Positions 1-11,007 are shown, numbered from the stretch's first letter. The stretch is DNA of 47,672 nt from Amoebophilaceae bacterium (GCA_023257955.1 JALRAY010000001.1:1-47672), one strand, 5' to 3'. The notes: a model not told the origin generated them from the sequence alone. Translations and numbers: made by a program.

Positions 1-49
1 CGAAATTACGCATCTATGGTGGCATTAGCATGTGCATTTATTTGGTTAC

Positions 50-571
50 CTATGTGAATTGTAAACAGCTCCTAATAGTGTTGAAACCCTCTCTCAGTCT
101 ATTAGTTGATTGGATGAATTTTTCATCCTTTTGAATGAAATGCTTAGCGAGTATATTACATAAGACCACCCAAGCAGGTATATAAAACCCTGGGTGATAC
201 GTCCCTGTTATTGCGGCAAGCTGTAGCCTTGGGCTTTTAGTACAGAAGTATACGATCATACCAACTAACACGGTAGCTAAGAGGTTGCTTATGGTAATCA
301 TTTGTATTTGCAAGCTTCTATTATCGTACCGCCATACGGTATAAACAGCTAATATAGCAATGACTACCGCAAGGATGCCTAAGCAGAGGTAAGGCATTGA
401 AGAAGAGTTAATCAAGTTCTGTGAAGAATCTACTGTTTGTAGCTTCCACGTATATAAGGTATGTCTATACAATGTCAGGGGATCTACTTTATGCCATAGG
501 GGTACAAATTGCATGATCCCTAATAGGATGGAGCTCGTAAGCAGAAATAAAGTTTGGATTCTTTGTATCAT
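50..571 (-). CDS. DUF4293 family membrane protein
   Basis: N-terminus MIQRIQTLFL, several TM helices, 'YDNRSLQ' and C-terminal 'IQKDEKFIQSTNRLR' match this Bacteroidota family. Confidence 0.85.
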   Translation of the reverse strand: MIQRIQTLFLLTSSILLGIMQFVPLWHKVDPLTLYRHTLYTWKLQTVDSSQNLINSSSMPYLCLGILAVVIAILAVYTVWRYDNRSLQIQMITISNLLATVLVGMIVYFCTKSPRLQLAAITGTYHPGFYIPAWVVLCNILAKHFIQKDEKFIQSTNRLREGFNTIRSCLQFT

Positions 572-624
572 GTGTCTACCGTTTTTCTGAAAGTTGTATG
601 ATTATGTTCTATTTCACTTTTGTA

Positions 625-1623
625 TTATGATTTAATATCTTGCCTTGTATCTTGGTTATTAGCTCCTTCTCCGGATATAGCGGCACGCATATCAGTATCT
701 GCTTTCATGTTTTGCATGCGGTAGTAATCCATCACGCCTACATGGCCTTTTTGCAATGCACTAGCCATTGCTTTGGGGACTTCGGCTTCTGCTAGAATAA
801 CTTGTGCCTTGGCCTCCTGAGACTTAGCTTTCATCTCTTGTTCTACGGCTACTGCCATCGCTCTGCGCTCTTCTGCTTTCGCCTCTGCTACTCTTAAGTC
901 TGCATTCGCTTGGTCAATCTGTAGTTTTGCGCCAATATTTTCTGCTACATCCACGTCTGCTATGTCTATGGATAGAATCTCAAAGGCGGTACCTGCGTCT
1001 AACCCTCTCTCTATGACTAAACGCGAGATCTGATCCGGATTGGCTAATACTTGTTTATGGGTCGTAGCAGATCCTATAGAAGTGACTATCCCCTCTCCTA
1101 CCCTAGCTAAGATTGTGTCTTCTCCTGCACCACCTACCAGTTGTTGAATGTTGGCGCGGACGGTTACCCTTGCTTTTGTGATGAGCTGGATGCCGTCTGC
1201 AGCAACTGCTGCTACGGATGGGGTATTAATGACTTTAGGGTTGACGGAAATTTGTACGGCTTCAAATACATCTCTGCCTGCTAAATCTATTGCTGTGGCT
1301 TGTTTAAAGGTGAGTTTGATATTGGCTTTATCCGCTGAGATGAGCGCACGAATCACTGAAGGAACATTGCCTCCTGCTAGGTAGTGTGTTTCAATTTCGG
1401 AAGTGCTAACATTGAGGCCTGCTTTGGTAGCGGTAATCAATGACTCTACGATGACACGTGGCGGGACTTTGCGTATGCGCATAAAGACTAATTCAAATAG
1501 TCCTACTCTTACGCCTGAAAATAGGGCTGTAACCCAGAGGTTGACGGGTATAAAGTGCAGGAAGGTGAAGAAGAGCATCACGCCTATCGTTACTAGGGTA
1601 TAATAATTTGTATGTAAAATCAT
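625..1623 (-). CDS. floA: Flotillin-like protein FloA (YqfA/UPF0365)
   Basis: [32 protein letters not shown] motifs; start moved to ATG at 1623 (MILHTN). Confidence 0.9.
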   Translation of the reverse strand: MILHTNYYTLVTIGVMLFFTFLHFIPVNLWVTALFSGVRVGLFELVFMRIRKVPPRVIVESLITATKAGLNVSTSEIETHYLAGGNVPSVIRALISADKANIKLTFKQATAIDLAGRDVFEAVQISVNPKVINTPSVAAVAADGIQLITKARVTVRANIQQLVGGAGEDTILARVGEGIVTSIGSATTHKQVLANPDQISRLVIERGLDAGTAFEILSIDIADVDVAENIGAKLQIDQANADLRVAEAKAEERRAMAVAVEQEMKAKSQEAKAQVILAEAEVPKAMASALQKGHVGVMDYYRMQNMKADTDMRAAISGEGANNQDTRQDIKS

Positions 1624-1881
1624 GGCTATTAAAATTTTAACACGTGTAAAACATAAAACTGATATAATGTTGCCTGCAAATCTACTAAAAAATACTTCCA
1701 TAAAGTTACTTTTGTAGCATATAGAACGATAGCTGAGCTAATCCATCGATGAAGGAATGAAAGCCAATACCTTCTTCTACATGCTCTTGATTGTCTTTTG
1801 AGGCATTTTCTGCTTGTGTACTGGTACTCTTCCTATCATTGATAATTTTCTCCTAGACCCACCAGCGTAGTCCTTTCTTCC

Positions 1882-3417
1882 ATGCAATTATTGAACAAAT
1901 CATTTCATTGGTTATTTAAACGACGCCTTCATAGCTTAGAAACGGCTATTCACGATCCTATCACAACACAGCATGCGTTATTAAAAGCCTTACTTGAGCA
2001 AGGGCGGCATACGGTATATGGGAAAAAGTTTGACTACGATAGCATCGATTCTCCGCGCACATTCCAAAGCAGGGTTCCTATTTGTACCTACGAAACGTTA
2101 TATCCCTATATCCTACAAACTTTACAGGGTCAGCCGAAGGTGCTCTGGCCTACACCTATTAAATGGTTTGCTAAGTCGTCTGGGACAACTAATGATCGCA
2201 GTAAATATATCCCTGTATCTACGGAGGCGTTAGAAGATGGGCATTACAAGGCGGGTAAAGATATGCTAGCGATATACTTAGCGAATAATTCGCATAGTTT
2301 ATTAGCCGAAGGCAAAAGTCTAGCCATGGCAGGTAGTTTGCATAAAAACAATTTTTCTGCCGATTCTAAAACGCAATATGGTGATGTATCTGCGGTGATT
2401 ATGAATAGCCTTCCTTTTTGGGCAAAGTGGATAAGTACACCTAGTATAGATATTGCGTTACTGGAAGATTGGGAAGAGAAAGTAGTAAAGATGGTACAAT
2501 GGGCTACAAAAGAAAAAACGATTACTGTCTTGACTGGTATACCAACCTGGGTATACTATTTGCTCCATAAAGTTCTAAAACAAGAACAAGCTCAATATAT
2601 CACGGATGTATGGCCTATGTTGGAGCTTTTTATTCATGGTGGTATTTCGTTTCAGCCTTATAAAGCGTTATTCGATAAGCTTTTTCAACGTAAATTGCAT
2701 TATCTGGAAGTATATAATGCTTCTGAAGGTTTTTTTGCCGTACAAGATCAGCTTGATAGTAATTCGCTACTTTTACTGATAGATCATGGTATTTATTATG
2801 AATTTATCCCTATTGAGGATCTTGATAAGTATGATAAACGTGTACTAGATCTCTCAGAGGTATCGCTCAATACGGTGTATGCACTGGTGATTACTACTAA
2901 TGCTGGTTTATGGCGTTATCAAATTGGCGATACTATTCAGTTTACCTCTTTAAGTCCTTATAGAATACGAATAGTGGGTAGAACAAAGCAATTTATCAAC
3001 ACTTTTGGCGAGGAACTGATGGTGGATCATGCGGAAACAGCAATTGTCCGTGCTTGCTTGCTAACAGGGGCGCTGATTAATGATTATACTGCAGGTCCAT
3101 GTTATTTATCTGGTACTCAACAAGGCAGGCATGAGTGGATTATTGAGTTTGTCAAGCAACCAAACAATCTCGATGATTTTACAGCTATCCTTGACCAAGA
3201 ATTAAAATCGGTCAATTCTGATTATGAGGCAAAACGGTGTAATGATTTGCTACTTATTAAGCCGCTCATTACGTCTGTCCCTCAAGGATTCTTTTATACT
3301 TGGATGAAACAAAAAAATAAGTTGGGAGAACAAAACAAAGTGCCTCGGTTACATAATGATAGAAAGTATTTAGATAATATTCATCAAGCTTTAGAAGGAC
3401 TTGCCTCTGATTTGTAA
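1882..3417 (+). CDS. GH3 auxin-responsive promoter family protein (acyl-adenylate/amido ligase fold)
   Basis: AKSSGTT..SKYIP, YNASEG, GLWRYQIGD, QNKVPRL motifs. Confidence 0.9.
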   Translation: MQLLNKSFHWLFKRRLHSLETAIHDPITTQHALLKALLEQGRHTVYGKKFDYDSIDSPRTFQSRVPICTYETLYPYILQTLQGQPKVLWPTPIKWFAKSSGTTNDRSKYIPVSTEALEDGHYKAGKDMLAIYLANNSHSLLAEGKSLAMAGSLHKNNFSADSKTQYGDVSAVIMNSLPFWAKWISTPSIDIALLEDWEEKVVKMVQWATKEKTITVLTGIPTWVYYLLHKVLKQEQAQYITDVWPMLELFIHGGISFQPYKALFDKLFQRKLHYLEVYNASEGFFAVQDQLDSNSLLLLIDHGIYYEFIPIEDLDKYDKRVLDLSEVSLNTVYALVITTNAGLWRYQIGDTIQFTSLSPYRIRIVGRTKQFINTFGEELMVDHAETAIVRACLLTGALINDYTAGPCYLSGTQQGRHEWIIEFVKQPNNLDDFTAILDQELKSVNSDYEAKRCNDLLLIKPLITSVPQGFFYTWMKQKNKLGEQNKVPRLHNDRKYLDNIHQALEGLASDL

Positions 3418-3509
3418 AAAAATTAACGTTCGCATGTTGACAGACTTCCTAAATTTCTTCCACCGCATAATTAATGCGCATTTGTTATCCCCAACGTTTA
3501 TATAGTACT

Positions 3510-4877
3510 ATGCTACATTCATCTCACGAACCTATTGTTGCCTTGGCTACCTCTTCGGGGAAAGGGGCCTTAGCAGTCATTAGACTATCTGGCACAGATA
3601 CTATCGAATTGGTCAATCAATTATTTAAGGGGAAAGACCTTACGCTACAACCTTCACATAGCTTGCATTTCGGCACATTAATCCATGAAGACCAAGTCTT
3701 GGATGAGGTATTGGTGGCACTTTTCCGAGCTCCAAAATCTTTTACAAAAGAAGAAAGTGTAGAAATTTCTTGCCATGGCTCTATGTATATTGTTCAAAAT
3801 ATTATGCAGGCTTTGATTGGGTTAGGTGCTAGGTTAGCTAATCCTGGGGAATTCACTCAACGTGCTTTTCTGAATGGGCGTTTTGATTTGGTGCAAGCAG
3901 AAGCTGTCGCAGACTTGATTGCGGCAGATACAGCATTGGCGCATCAAACTGCATTACAGCAAATGCGCGCAGGTTTTTCTAGTGAATTGCAACACCTTAG
4001 GGAAAAACTCATTCACCTAGGGGCATTATTGGAGCTAGAGTTAGATTTTTCGGAAGAGGATGTGGCTTTTGTGGATAGACAATCTTTGACAAATTTAGTG
4101 CAAAGTTTACGCACTGAGATCAGCACATTGATTCAGAGTTTTGAAAAGGGTAATGTCATCAAGAATGGCTTGCCTATAGCTATTGTTGGTAAACCTAATG
4201 CTGGCAAATCGACTTTGTTAAATACCTTGCTACAAGAAGATCGGGCTATTGTATCTCATATTGCTGGAACTACGCGAGATGTCATAGAGGCTGAAAAAAA
4301 TATAGGGGGTATTTGCTGCCGGTTCATAGACACAGCAGGCTTACGGAAACATACCAGTGATGAAATAGAACTTATTGGCATTGCTAAAGCGCGTTCGCAA
4401 ATGCAACAAGCGGCTTTGATATTATATGTTTTTGACTTACAAACCGAATCTTTATCCTCTATTCAAAATACATTAGATGAGCTTGCAAACTTGGATGTAC
4501 CTTGTATTAAAATTGGTAATAAATTAGATGTAGCCCCTGTAGAGTTGGGCACTGCTTTAACACAAAAAGACTTTCTCTTACTATCAGCAAAAGAACCCAA
4601 ACAGATAGCAAAAATAGAACAGCGCATTATGCAGCTGTTTGACTTAAATAATCTCGATTCTGCTACGATTGTAGTAAATGTACGCCATTATGAAAGCTTG
4701 GTAAAGGCGAATGACACTCTTTTAAAGGTGTTGCAAGGACTTTCTCAATCATTGAGTACAGAATGGTTGACCCTTGAGATCAAACATGCTTTAACCTATT
4801 TGGGAGAAATTACAGGAAAAATAACTACAGAAGATCTCTTAGATGAGATATTCTCTAAGTTTTGCATCGGGAAATAA
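3510..4877 (+). CDS. mnmE: tRNA modification GTPase MnmE
   Basis: [22 protein letters not shown]-terminal FCIGK; start 3510 preferred over 3474. Confidence 0.97.
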   Translation: MLHSSHEPIVALATSSGKGALAVIRLSGTDTIELVNQLFKGKDLTLQPSHSLHFGTLIHEDQVLDEVLVALFRAPKSFTKEESVEISCHGSMYIVQNIMQALIGLGARLANPGEFTQRAFLNGRFDLVQAEAVADLIAADTALAHQTALQQMRAGFSSELQHLREKLIHLGALLELELDFSEEDVAFVDRQSLTNLVQSLRTEISTLIQSFEKGNVIKNGLPIAIVGKPNAGKSTLLNTLLQEDRAIVSHIAGTTRDVIEAEKNIGGICCRFIDTAGLRKHTSDEIELIGIAKARSQMQQAALILYVFDLQTESLSSIQNTLDELANLDVPCIKIGNKLDVAPVELGTALTQKDFLLLSAKEPKQIAKIEQRIMQLFDLNNLDSATIVVNVRHYESLVKANDTLLKVLQGLSQSLSTEWLTLEIKHALTYLGEITGKITTEDLLDEIFSKFCIGK

Positions 4878-4907
4878 TCTCTTTTTTATCTCGTATGTTT
4901 TCTTTGC

Positions 4908-5066
4908 TTAGCGTTTATGTCTTGGCTCGTCTGCTACTGTTAATTTGTGTCTTCCCTTAGCTCGTCTTCGAGCTAACACAGCTCTGCCGTCGGAAGTAGA
5001 CATTCGTTTTCTAAAGCCATGTTTATTGCTTCTCTTTCGCAGAGAAGGTTGATAAGTACGTTTCAT
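4908..5066 (-). CDS. rpmH: 50S ribosomal protein L34 (52 aa, absent from the ORF track)
   Basis: Manual translation [52 protein letters not shown]. Confidence 0.97.
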   Translation of the reverse strand: MKRTYQPSLRKRSNKHGFRKRMSTSDGRAVLARRRAKGRHKLTVADEPRHKR

Positions 5067-5137
5067 AGATAAATAGATAATTAGTATTTTTGAATAATAT
5101 AGTAGTCGCGTAGCAATTATGTTAATATATGTAATAG

Positions 5138-5212
5138 TCGGGGCGGCAGGATTCGAACCTGCGGCCTCCTGCTCCCAAAGCAGGCGCGATAACCGGACTT
5201 CGCCACGCCCCG
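5138..5212 (-). tRNA. tRNA-Pro(TGG)
   Basis: Reverse complement CGGGGCG...CCTGC-TTTGGGA-GCAGG...GGTTCGAATCC...CGCCCCGA; CCA not encoded. Confidence 0.96.
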
Positions 5213-5419
5213 ATTGTATTAACCACTAATTTAAAAATAAGCGTGAAGTTAGTAGTTCGATATAGGATTTACAAATGTCTGCAGGAGAAATTAATCATAT
5301 TGTACTAAAAAGTGACTAACTTTCAAAATATTCGTATCATTACTCACAAATATTCTAGGACATATAGACGAAAGTAGTAGTCAAGGGAAAGTGATCAAAA
5401 GACAGCGTTCCAAGAAATA

Positions 5420-5452
5420 CTGGTATTGATAAAGGATTTTTATCAATACCAG
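5420..5452. repeat. Perfect 14-bp inverted repeat with a 5-nt loop
   Basis: CTGGTATTGATAAA-ggatt-TTTATCAATACCAG. Confidence 0.8.
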
Positions 5453-5588
5453 AAATCACATAAGCATAGCTTATTTGATATGCCTCCTTTATCCCCATCA
5501 TCTCACAAAAGAGATAAGATTCAAGATCCACATCAAAGGGCTATAATTTTGAATCAAATCTTCAACACTAAATTTTAATTACTAGCCC

Positions 5589-5861
5589 GTGGATTGTATA
5601 TACCTATTACTATTAAATGTATTCTTGCTGGGCATAGGGATGTTAATTCTGCTTAACAACCAGTCCTTTATATTTTTTATAATGGGTATAGAATTAGTAA
5701 TACAATCTGTTATCTCTAATCTCATTTTTTTTACAAATCTACATTCTCAGCAGTTCGGAGGAATTGTACTTGCTACCTTTATTATAGTTTTTTCAGTTTG
5801 TGAAATAATATTATCCCTAGCTATTTTCATAACTTTGTATAATCGATTTAAGAAGTATTAG
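5589..5861 (+). CDS. nuoK: NuoK/ND4L-like 3-TM membrane protein (orphan)
   Basis: 90 aa; 'IMGIELVIQS' and 'VFSVCEIILSLAIFITLY' line up with the two Glu-bearing helices of NuoK. Confidence 0.7.
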   Translation: MDCIYLLLLNVFLLGIGMLILLNNQSFIFFIMGIELVIQSVISNLIFFTNLHSQQFGGIVLATFIIVFSVCEIILSLAIFITLYNRFKKY

Positions 5862-6054
5862 ATCTCCTCCGGAAACTCGAAATTATAGCCTTTTAATCAA
5901 CAAGAATGCATATCCTATAATGGATATAGAAGAACTCTATTATATATAAATCAAATCATAACAAATTTGCTGCCTATATCTCAAATCTTTTGATCTTTAG
6001 AGAACTTCCCCACAATCTAATATTTACTCAACTGACCTCGTTTAAAAATTATAA

Positions 6055-6062
6055 TAACTTTG
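6055..6062 (+). promoter_or_regulatory. Bacteroidota sigma -7 box (TAnnTTTG) upstream of dprA
   Basis: TAACTTTG ends 7 nt before the ATG at 6070. Confidence 0.4.
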
Positions 6063-6069
6063 CCGTGTT

Positions 6070-7218
6070 ATGCCTCCTTATGCTATAGATTACCAAGAAA
6101 AAATTTATCAATTGGCTTTAAGTTTGATCAAAGGCGTTGGATTTGTTGTTTGGCAAAAGTTAATTGATCGATATAGATCCGCAAAAGACATATATAACAA
6201 TTCAAATAGTGTTTTTGCAAATATATATAATCATAAGTATCTCCCTATTATCAAGGCTATTAACGAAAAAAATACTTTATCACATGCAGAAACAATTATA
6301 AATGCTCAGCAAAAAATGGGTATTAAAATTATTTCTTTTTTTGATCAAGAATATCCAGACCGTCTAAGGCATATTAAAAATCCGCCTTGTTTTCTATATT
6401 GTAAAGGTAACTTAGATTTTTCTTTACCTAAAATTGTGAGTATAGTAGGTACACGACGTGCTACCACGAATGGCAAAATGATAGTTAAAAAATTAGTAGA
6501 GGCTTTATCTGAATACGGAGTAATGATTGTGAGTGGTTTAGCATACGGGATTGATATTTGCGCACATGAAATAGCGTTACAACAACAACTCCCCACAGTA
6601 GCAGTATTGGCAAATAGTTTAGATAAAATTTATCCCTCTAGTCATACAAAGATGGCTTGTAGTATGTTATCTAATGGAGGGTTATTAAGCGAAGTGACAA
6701 CAGGTAATGCTTTAGAAACTTTTCATTTTCCTAACAGAAATAGAATTATAGCAGGGCTTTCAGATGCTACCATTGTGGTTGAAGCAGGAACTAAAAGTGG
6801 AGCCCTAATTACAGCCCAATTTGCAAACAACTATGATAGAGAAGTATTCGCATTTCCTGGGAATGTATATGAGCCATTTTCAGCTGGCTGTAATCAACTC
6901 ATTCGTAACCAACAAGCCCATTTAGTAACTTGCGTTGATGACATTGCGTACATGATGAACTGGAAAAAAAATACTTCTAATAGTACTAAAAAACGCAATA
7001 CTTATAATTTTGAAAATAAGCTCGCTAGCTTAGACACTGAAGACAAGCAACTTGCATTGATTTTAAAAGATTGTTATCCTAAAGTTATGCACATTGATGA
7101 TCTTTGTCAGCAAACTCAGCTCACACCTATACAGCTTTCCCCTAAACTTTTGCAACTCGAACTCAAACATCTTGTAGAAAACTGTACAGGGAATAAGTAT
7201 AAATTTGTAGAGGGCTAA
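6070..7218 (+). CDS. dprA: DNA-processing protein DprA
   Basis: IVGTRRAT, VSGLAYGID, FPNRNRIIAGLS, SGALITA, C-terminal winged helix. Confidence 0.95.
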   Translation: MPPYAIDYQEKIYQLALSLIKGVGFVVWQKLIDRYRSAKDIYNNSNSVFANIYNHKYLPIIKAINEKNTLSHAETIINAQQKMGIKIISFFDQEYPDRLRHIKNPPCFLYCKGNLDFSLPKIVSIVGTRRATTNGKMIVKKLVEALSEYGVMIVSGLAYGIDICAHEIALQQQLPTVAVLANSLDKIYPSSHTKMACSMLSNGGLLSEVTTGNALETFHFPNRNRIIAGLSDATIVVEAGTKSGALITAQFANNYDREVFAFPGNVYEPFSAGCNQLIRNQQAHLVTCVDDIAYMMNWKKNTSNSTKKRNTYNFENKLASLDTEDKQLALILKDCYPKVMHIDDLCQQTQLTPIQLSPKLLQLELKHLVENCTGNKYKFVEG

Positions 7219-7355
7219 TTACGCTTACAAGAGTCGAAGCGTTCACTAAAACGCACGAGACTTCCTTGATCATTTCCTTGTACTTAAGCAACAACGTCGC
7301 AATTATTTTCTGTACATGAGCCTCAATTATTCTCAAAAAGTCTAACAATATTACA

Positions 7356-7769
7356 ATGGATCAGACATTAGCAACAGGAGAAAGTGCAATAAATGAAAAA
7401 CATAGAGGCAAACTCTTAGAACTTATCGTGCGAAGAAGCCCTTACTCTATAAAAGTCTTATCTAAAAAATTAGGTATTAGCAGAACTACTTTATATAACA
7501 AATTTCAAGCAGCACAACTTGATTATGATTTTTTATTACAAGTCAGTAAGATTGTACATTATGACTGTAAAGCAAAACTACCCCAATGTCATACCCAGGT
7601 AGTCGTACCTGTTTCACAGTATAATAAACGTGATATTATTATTGATAAAAAATATATTCAGTTGCTAGAAGGCTACCAAAGATTGTTTGGATTTTTAGTA
7701 AAAACAGCACATAAGTATGGGCTAGAATATACTAGAAAAGAATTAGATAGAACTTTTGAACATATATAA
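7356..7769 (+). CDS. Helix-turn-helix domain protein
   Basis: SIKVLSKKLGISRTTLYNKF HTH, plus HRG and IVHYD segments resembling small Bacteroidota HTH proteins. Confidence 0.7.
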   Translation: MDQTLATGESAINEKHRGKLLELIVRRSPYSIKVLSKKLGISRTTLYNKFQAAQLDYDFLLQVSKIVHYDCKAKLPQCHTQVVVPVSQYNKRDIIIDKKYIQLLEGYQRLFGFLVKTAHKYGLEYTRKELDRTFEHI

Positions 7770-7831
7770 ATTAGTCAATTTAAAGCCATGATGCACGAAA
7801 ACAAATACTTCATTTTCACATTTACTATTGA

Positions 7832-8614
7832 ATGTGTATAAAAGCAAAGAAAGCACTGGGGCAACATTTTTTAGAAGATAGTAGCATCAGTAAACAGATT
7901 GTAGATTCCTTTAATACAACTCTACCCTTCCCTAAAACAATTTTGGAAATAGGTCCTGGGAAAGGTGCTTTAACTCAGTTTTTAATAGAAAGAGAGATAA
8001 ATAATTTATATCTCATCGAAATAGATCAGCCATTGGCGAATTATCTAGTCAATGCATACCCTTTTTTGACACATAATATTGTTACAGAAAATTTCCTGCA
8101 TGTGGATCTTAGTCAAAAATGGCCAGGGACAATAGGGGTCATTGGAAATTTTCCGTATAATCTCAGTTCACTTATATTGTTTCAGCTTCTTAAATACAGA
8201 GACCAAGTGCAGGAAATTGTATGTATGCTACAAAAAGAGGTAGCTGAACGAGTAGTCTCCCAACCTGGAAGCAAAGTGTATGGCATTCCTAGTGTTTTAT
8301 TACAAGCTTTCTATAATGTGGAATATCTATTTACGGTAGAACCCGCTGTCTTTAATCCTCCGCCCAAAGTTCATTCTGCTGTTATTAGATTACGACGTAA
8401 TGATATAGCAAGGCTTCCCTGTGATGAAGATTTGTTTTTTAAGCTTGTCAAACTAGGATTTCAACAACGCAGGAAGAAACTAAAAAATGCTTTAAGCTTT
8501 TATACAGAGCGCTTTACCAAGGAGTTTCCTCTTTTGAATCAGCGCGCCGAAGAATTAAGCGTGCTGCAGTTTATAAGCCTCACACAACACATAAGTGGTA
8601 TCTGTAGATGCTAA
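7832..8614 (+). CDS. rsmA: 16S rRNA dimethyladenosine transferase RsmA/KsgA
   Basis: KKALGQHFL, EIGPGKGALT, GNFPYN, MLQKEVAER. Confidence 0.96.
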   Translation: MCIKAKKALGQHFLEDSSISKQIVDSFNTTLPFPKTILEIGPGKGALTQFLIEREINNLYLIEIDQPLANYLVNAYPFLTHNIVTENFLHVDLSQKWPGTIGVIGNFPYNLSSLILFQLLKYRDQVQEIVCMLQKEVAERVVSQPGSKVYGIPSVLLQAFYNVEYLFTVEPAVFNPPPKVHSAVIRLRRNDIARLPCDEDLFFKLVKLGFQQRRKKLKNALSFYTERFTKEFPLLNQRAEELSVLQFISLTQHISGICRC

Positions 8615-8657
8615 AAGTATAGCTAACAGTTCAACATAACCTTTATAACTTTTACCT

Positions 8658-9839
8658 GTGGTTAGCAGATGTACAAAAATCAAACTTCATGGAGATTCCG
8701 TAATATGGGGTATCACTTTTTGCTTAGCTATTCTTAGTATTTTAGTTGTGTATAGTGCTACCAGTTCTTTGGCGTATAGAAAAATGGAAGGCAATACTGA
8801 GTATTACCTTATCAAGCATACGTCCTTAATGATCGCTAGCCTTATGATGATGTGGCTTGTACATAAAGTCGACTATAGGTATTTTGCAGGCTTTTTTAAA
8901 CTAGCTCTCTGGACTTCTTTTCCATTGTTATTGATAACATGGCGTTATGGCATAACTGTTAATGAAGCCTCGCGTTGGATGCATGTCCCTATTATCAATA
9001 AAGCCTTTCAACCCTCTGATCTTGCTCAATTGGCATTAATATCCTGCATAGCCAATATCTTAGCTAAAAATCAACCTAATATTGGAGATCCCAAAAAGGT
9101 ATTTATTCCCATATTAATTTATAGTGTTAGTATTTGCGGATTGATAGCTTTAACTAATTTTTCGGGGGCACTGATATTACTAGCCACATGTATGCTATTA
9201 ATGTTCTTTGGTAGGATCCCAATCAAATACTTAAGCTTGCTGATGGTATTTGCTATGCTCATTATCAGTATAGCTCTTTTATTTGGTCAAAGAAAAGAAA
9301 CCGTATTGGGTAGATTAAATGCCTTTAGCAATCAAAAAATATCTTTCCAAACAGAACAGTCTTATATTGCGATTGCTACAGGTGGGATATATGGCAAAGG
9401 CCCTGGAAAAAGTACACAAAGAAATTTATTGCCTTATGGTTATGCAGACTTCATATATGCCATTTTAGTGGAAGAGTACGGACTCATAGGAGGTATCACT
9501 GTGATGCTATTTTATTTAATACTTTTGTATAGAGGTATACGTATTACAGCAACAAATGCCAAGCCTTATGCTTGTTTTTTATCAGTAGGCCTTAGCTTTT
9601 TAATAGGCATGCAAGCATTAGTTAATATGGGGATAGCTGTTGGACTAGGACCTGTAACAGGGTTACAATTACCATACATCAGCATGGGAGGTACATCATT
9701 ACTTTTTACCGGTATTGCCTTAGGCATGATACTCAGTGCTAACATAGGAGATGTAGATAGGAATATAGATAGTTTTTTTCAGCAGCAGAAAAACAACAAG
9801 ATGGGAAATGCGTATAAAAACACATCCCAGATAGTATAA
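8658..9839 (+). CDS. ftsW: SEDS family peptidoglycan polymerase FtsW
   Basis: ASRW, FQPSD, ADFIYAILVEEYG, PVTGLQLPYISMGGTS; GDSVIW N-terminus suggests FtsW rather than RodA. Confidence 0.85.
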   Translation: MVSRCTKIKLHGDSVIWGITFCLAILSILVVYSATSSLAYRKMEGNTEYYLIKHTSLMIASLMMMWLVHKVDYRYFAGFFKLALWTSFPLLLITWRYGITVNEASRWMHVPIINKAFQPSDLAQLALISCIANILAKNQPNIGDPKKVFIPILIYSVSICGLIALTNFSGALILLATCMLLMFFGRIPIKYLSLLMVFAMLIISIALLFGQRKETVLGRLNAFSNQKISFQTEQSYIAIATGGIYGKGPGKSTQRNLLPYGYADFIYAILVEEYGLIGGITVMLFYLILLYRGIRITATNAKPYACFLSVGLSFLIGMQALVNMGIAVGLGPVTGLQLPYISMGGTSLLFTGIALGMILSANIGDVDRNIDSFFQQQKNNKMGNAYKNTSQIV

Positions 9840-9952
9840 CCATCCGCATATCTTCTGCTATTTCTATATGTAGCAGAAAAACGGATTAGTAAACTACTAA
9901 GCTATTATACTACTCAGCAGGTTTAATTATTTCACTTATTTTAAAACTTAAT

Positions 9953-10699
9953 ATGAAACAACTTCAAGGAAAAACAGCTTTAATAACAGGAGCTTCGCGG
10001 GGTATTGGTAAAGCGATAGCATTAAAACTAGCTGACCAAGGAGCTAATATTGTATTTAGCCATCTCTCTAGTGCAGAACAAGGGAAAGAGGTCACGCAAG
10101 AACTAGAGAAACGAAATGTAGAAGTTTTAGCGTATCATGCTGATGTAGCCAGTTTTAATAAGTCTCAAGAGCTGATAGAAACCGTCATCCAAAAATTTAA
10201 GCAAATAGATATTTTGGTTAATAATGCAGGCATCAGTCGAGATAACCTACTGCTACGCATGAGCGAGCAAGATTGGGATGACGTCATGCAAGTAAATCTA
10301 AAATCCGTCTTTAATCTAACGAAAGCCGTTACCCCCGTTATGATACGTCAACGTAGCGGTTCCATTATTAACATTAGCTCCGTAGTAGGCATTAAAGGCA
10401 ATATAGGCCAAGCTAATTATGCTGCTTCCAAGGCAGGAATAATTGGTATTACCAAATCTGTAGCCCTAGAACTCGGTTCTAGAAACGTCCGTTGTAATGC
10501 CATCGCACCTGGCTTTATAGAGACGGCTATGACAGAAAAACTTTCCAAAGAAGCCAAAGAAGAATGGATCAAGAATATACCCATAAGACGTGTAGGAACA
10601 CCTGAAGACGTAGCTAATTGCGCTCTATTTCTAGCTTCGGATAGTTCCAGCTATATCACAGGACAAGTCATTCAAGTAGATGGAGGCATGGTTACATAA
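9953..10699 (+). CDS. fabG: 3-oxoacyl-ACP reductase
   Basis: TGASRGIG, NNAGI, YAASK, APGFIET. Confidence 0.96.
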   Translation: MKQLQGKTALITGASRGIGKAIALKLADQGANIVFSHLSSAEQGKEVTQELEKRNVEVLAYHADVASFNKSQELIETVIQKFKQIDILVNNAGISRDNLLLRMSEQDWDDVMQVNLKSVFNLTKAVTPVMIRQRSGSIINISSVVGIKGNIGQANYAASKAGIIGITKSVALELGSRNVRCNAIAPGFIETAMTEKLSKEAKEEWIKNIPIRRVGTPEDVANCALFLASDSSSYITGQVIQVDGGMVT

Positions 10700-10716
10700 G
10701 CGAGCATAGCTTCCGC

Positions 10717-11007
10717 TTATGCTTCATCTACATCATCTAGCAGCTGAAGAAGCGATGTAACCTCTGAGGTGATAGCTGCATTGGCTTCATTCGATTGCTG
10801 CTGAAGCTTTAACTTTTCTATTACCGTATCCAATGCTACCATGCTCAGCAAGTCTTGTATATCTACCTGCTTATAATTTTCCCTATACCCTTGCAGCATA
10901 CTATTAATTACTTCAGCAGCGTCCCGCACCACCGCTTCATCTTTGGGATGCACCTTCATCGGGTATTGCCTATCATAGATTCTGATTTTGATAGAAAACT
11001 CTTCCAT
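10717..11007 (-). CDS. zapA: Cell division protein ZapA
   Basis: IKIRIYDRQYPMKV...QDLLSMVAL followed by a coiled coil; start at ATG 11007. Confidence 0.85.
   Translation of the reverse strand: MEEFSIKIRIYDRQYPMKVHPKDEAVVRDAAEVINSMLQGYRENYKQVDIQDLLSMVALDTVIEKLKLQQQSNEANAAITSEVTSLLQLLDDVDEA

Noticed and set aside
4878-5600. Possible oriC near mnmE/rpmH
   Set aside because: No dnaA gene and no DnaA-box cluster seen; codon strand bias showed no consistent switch by eye
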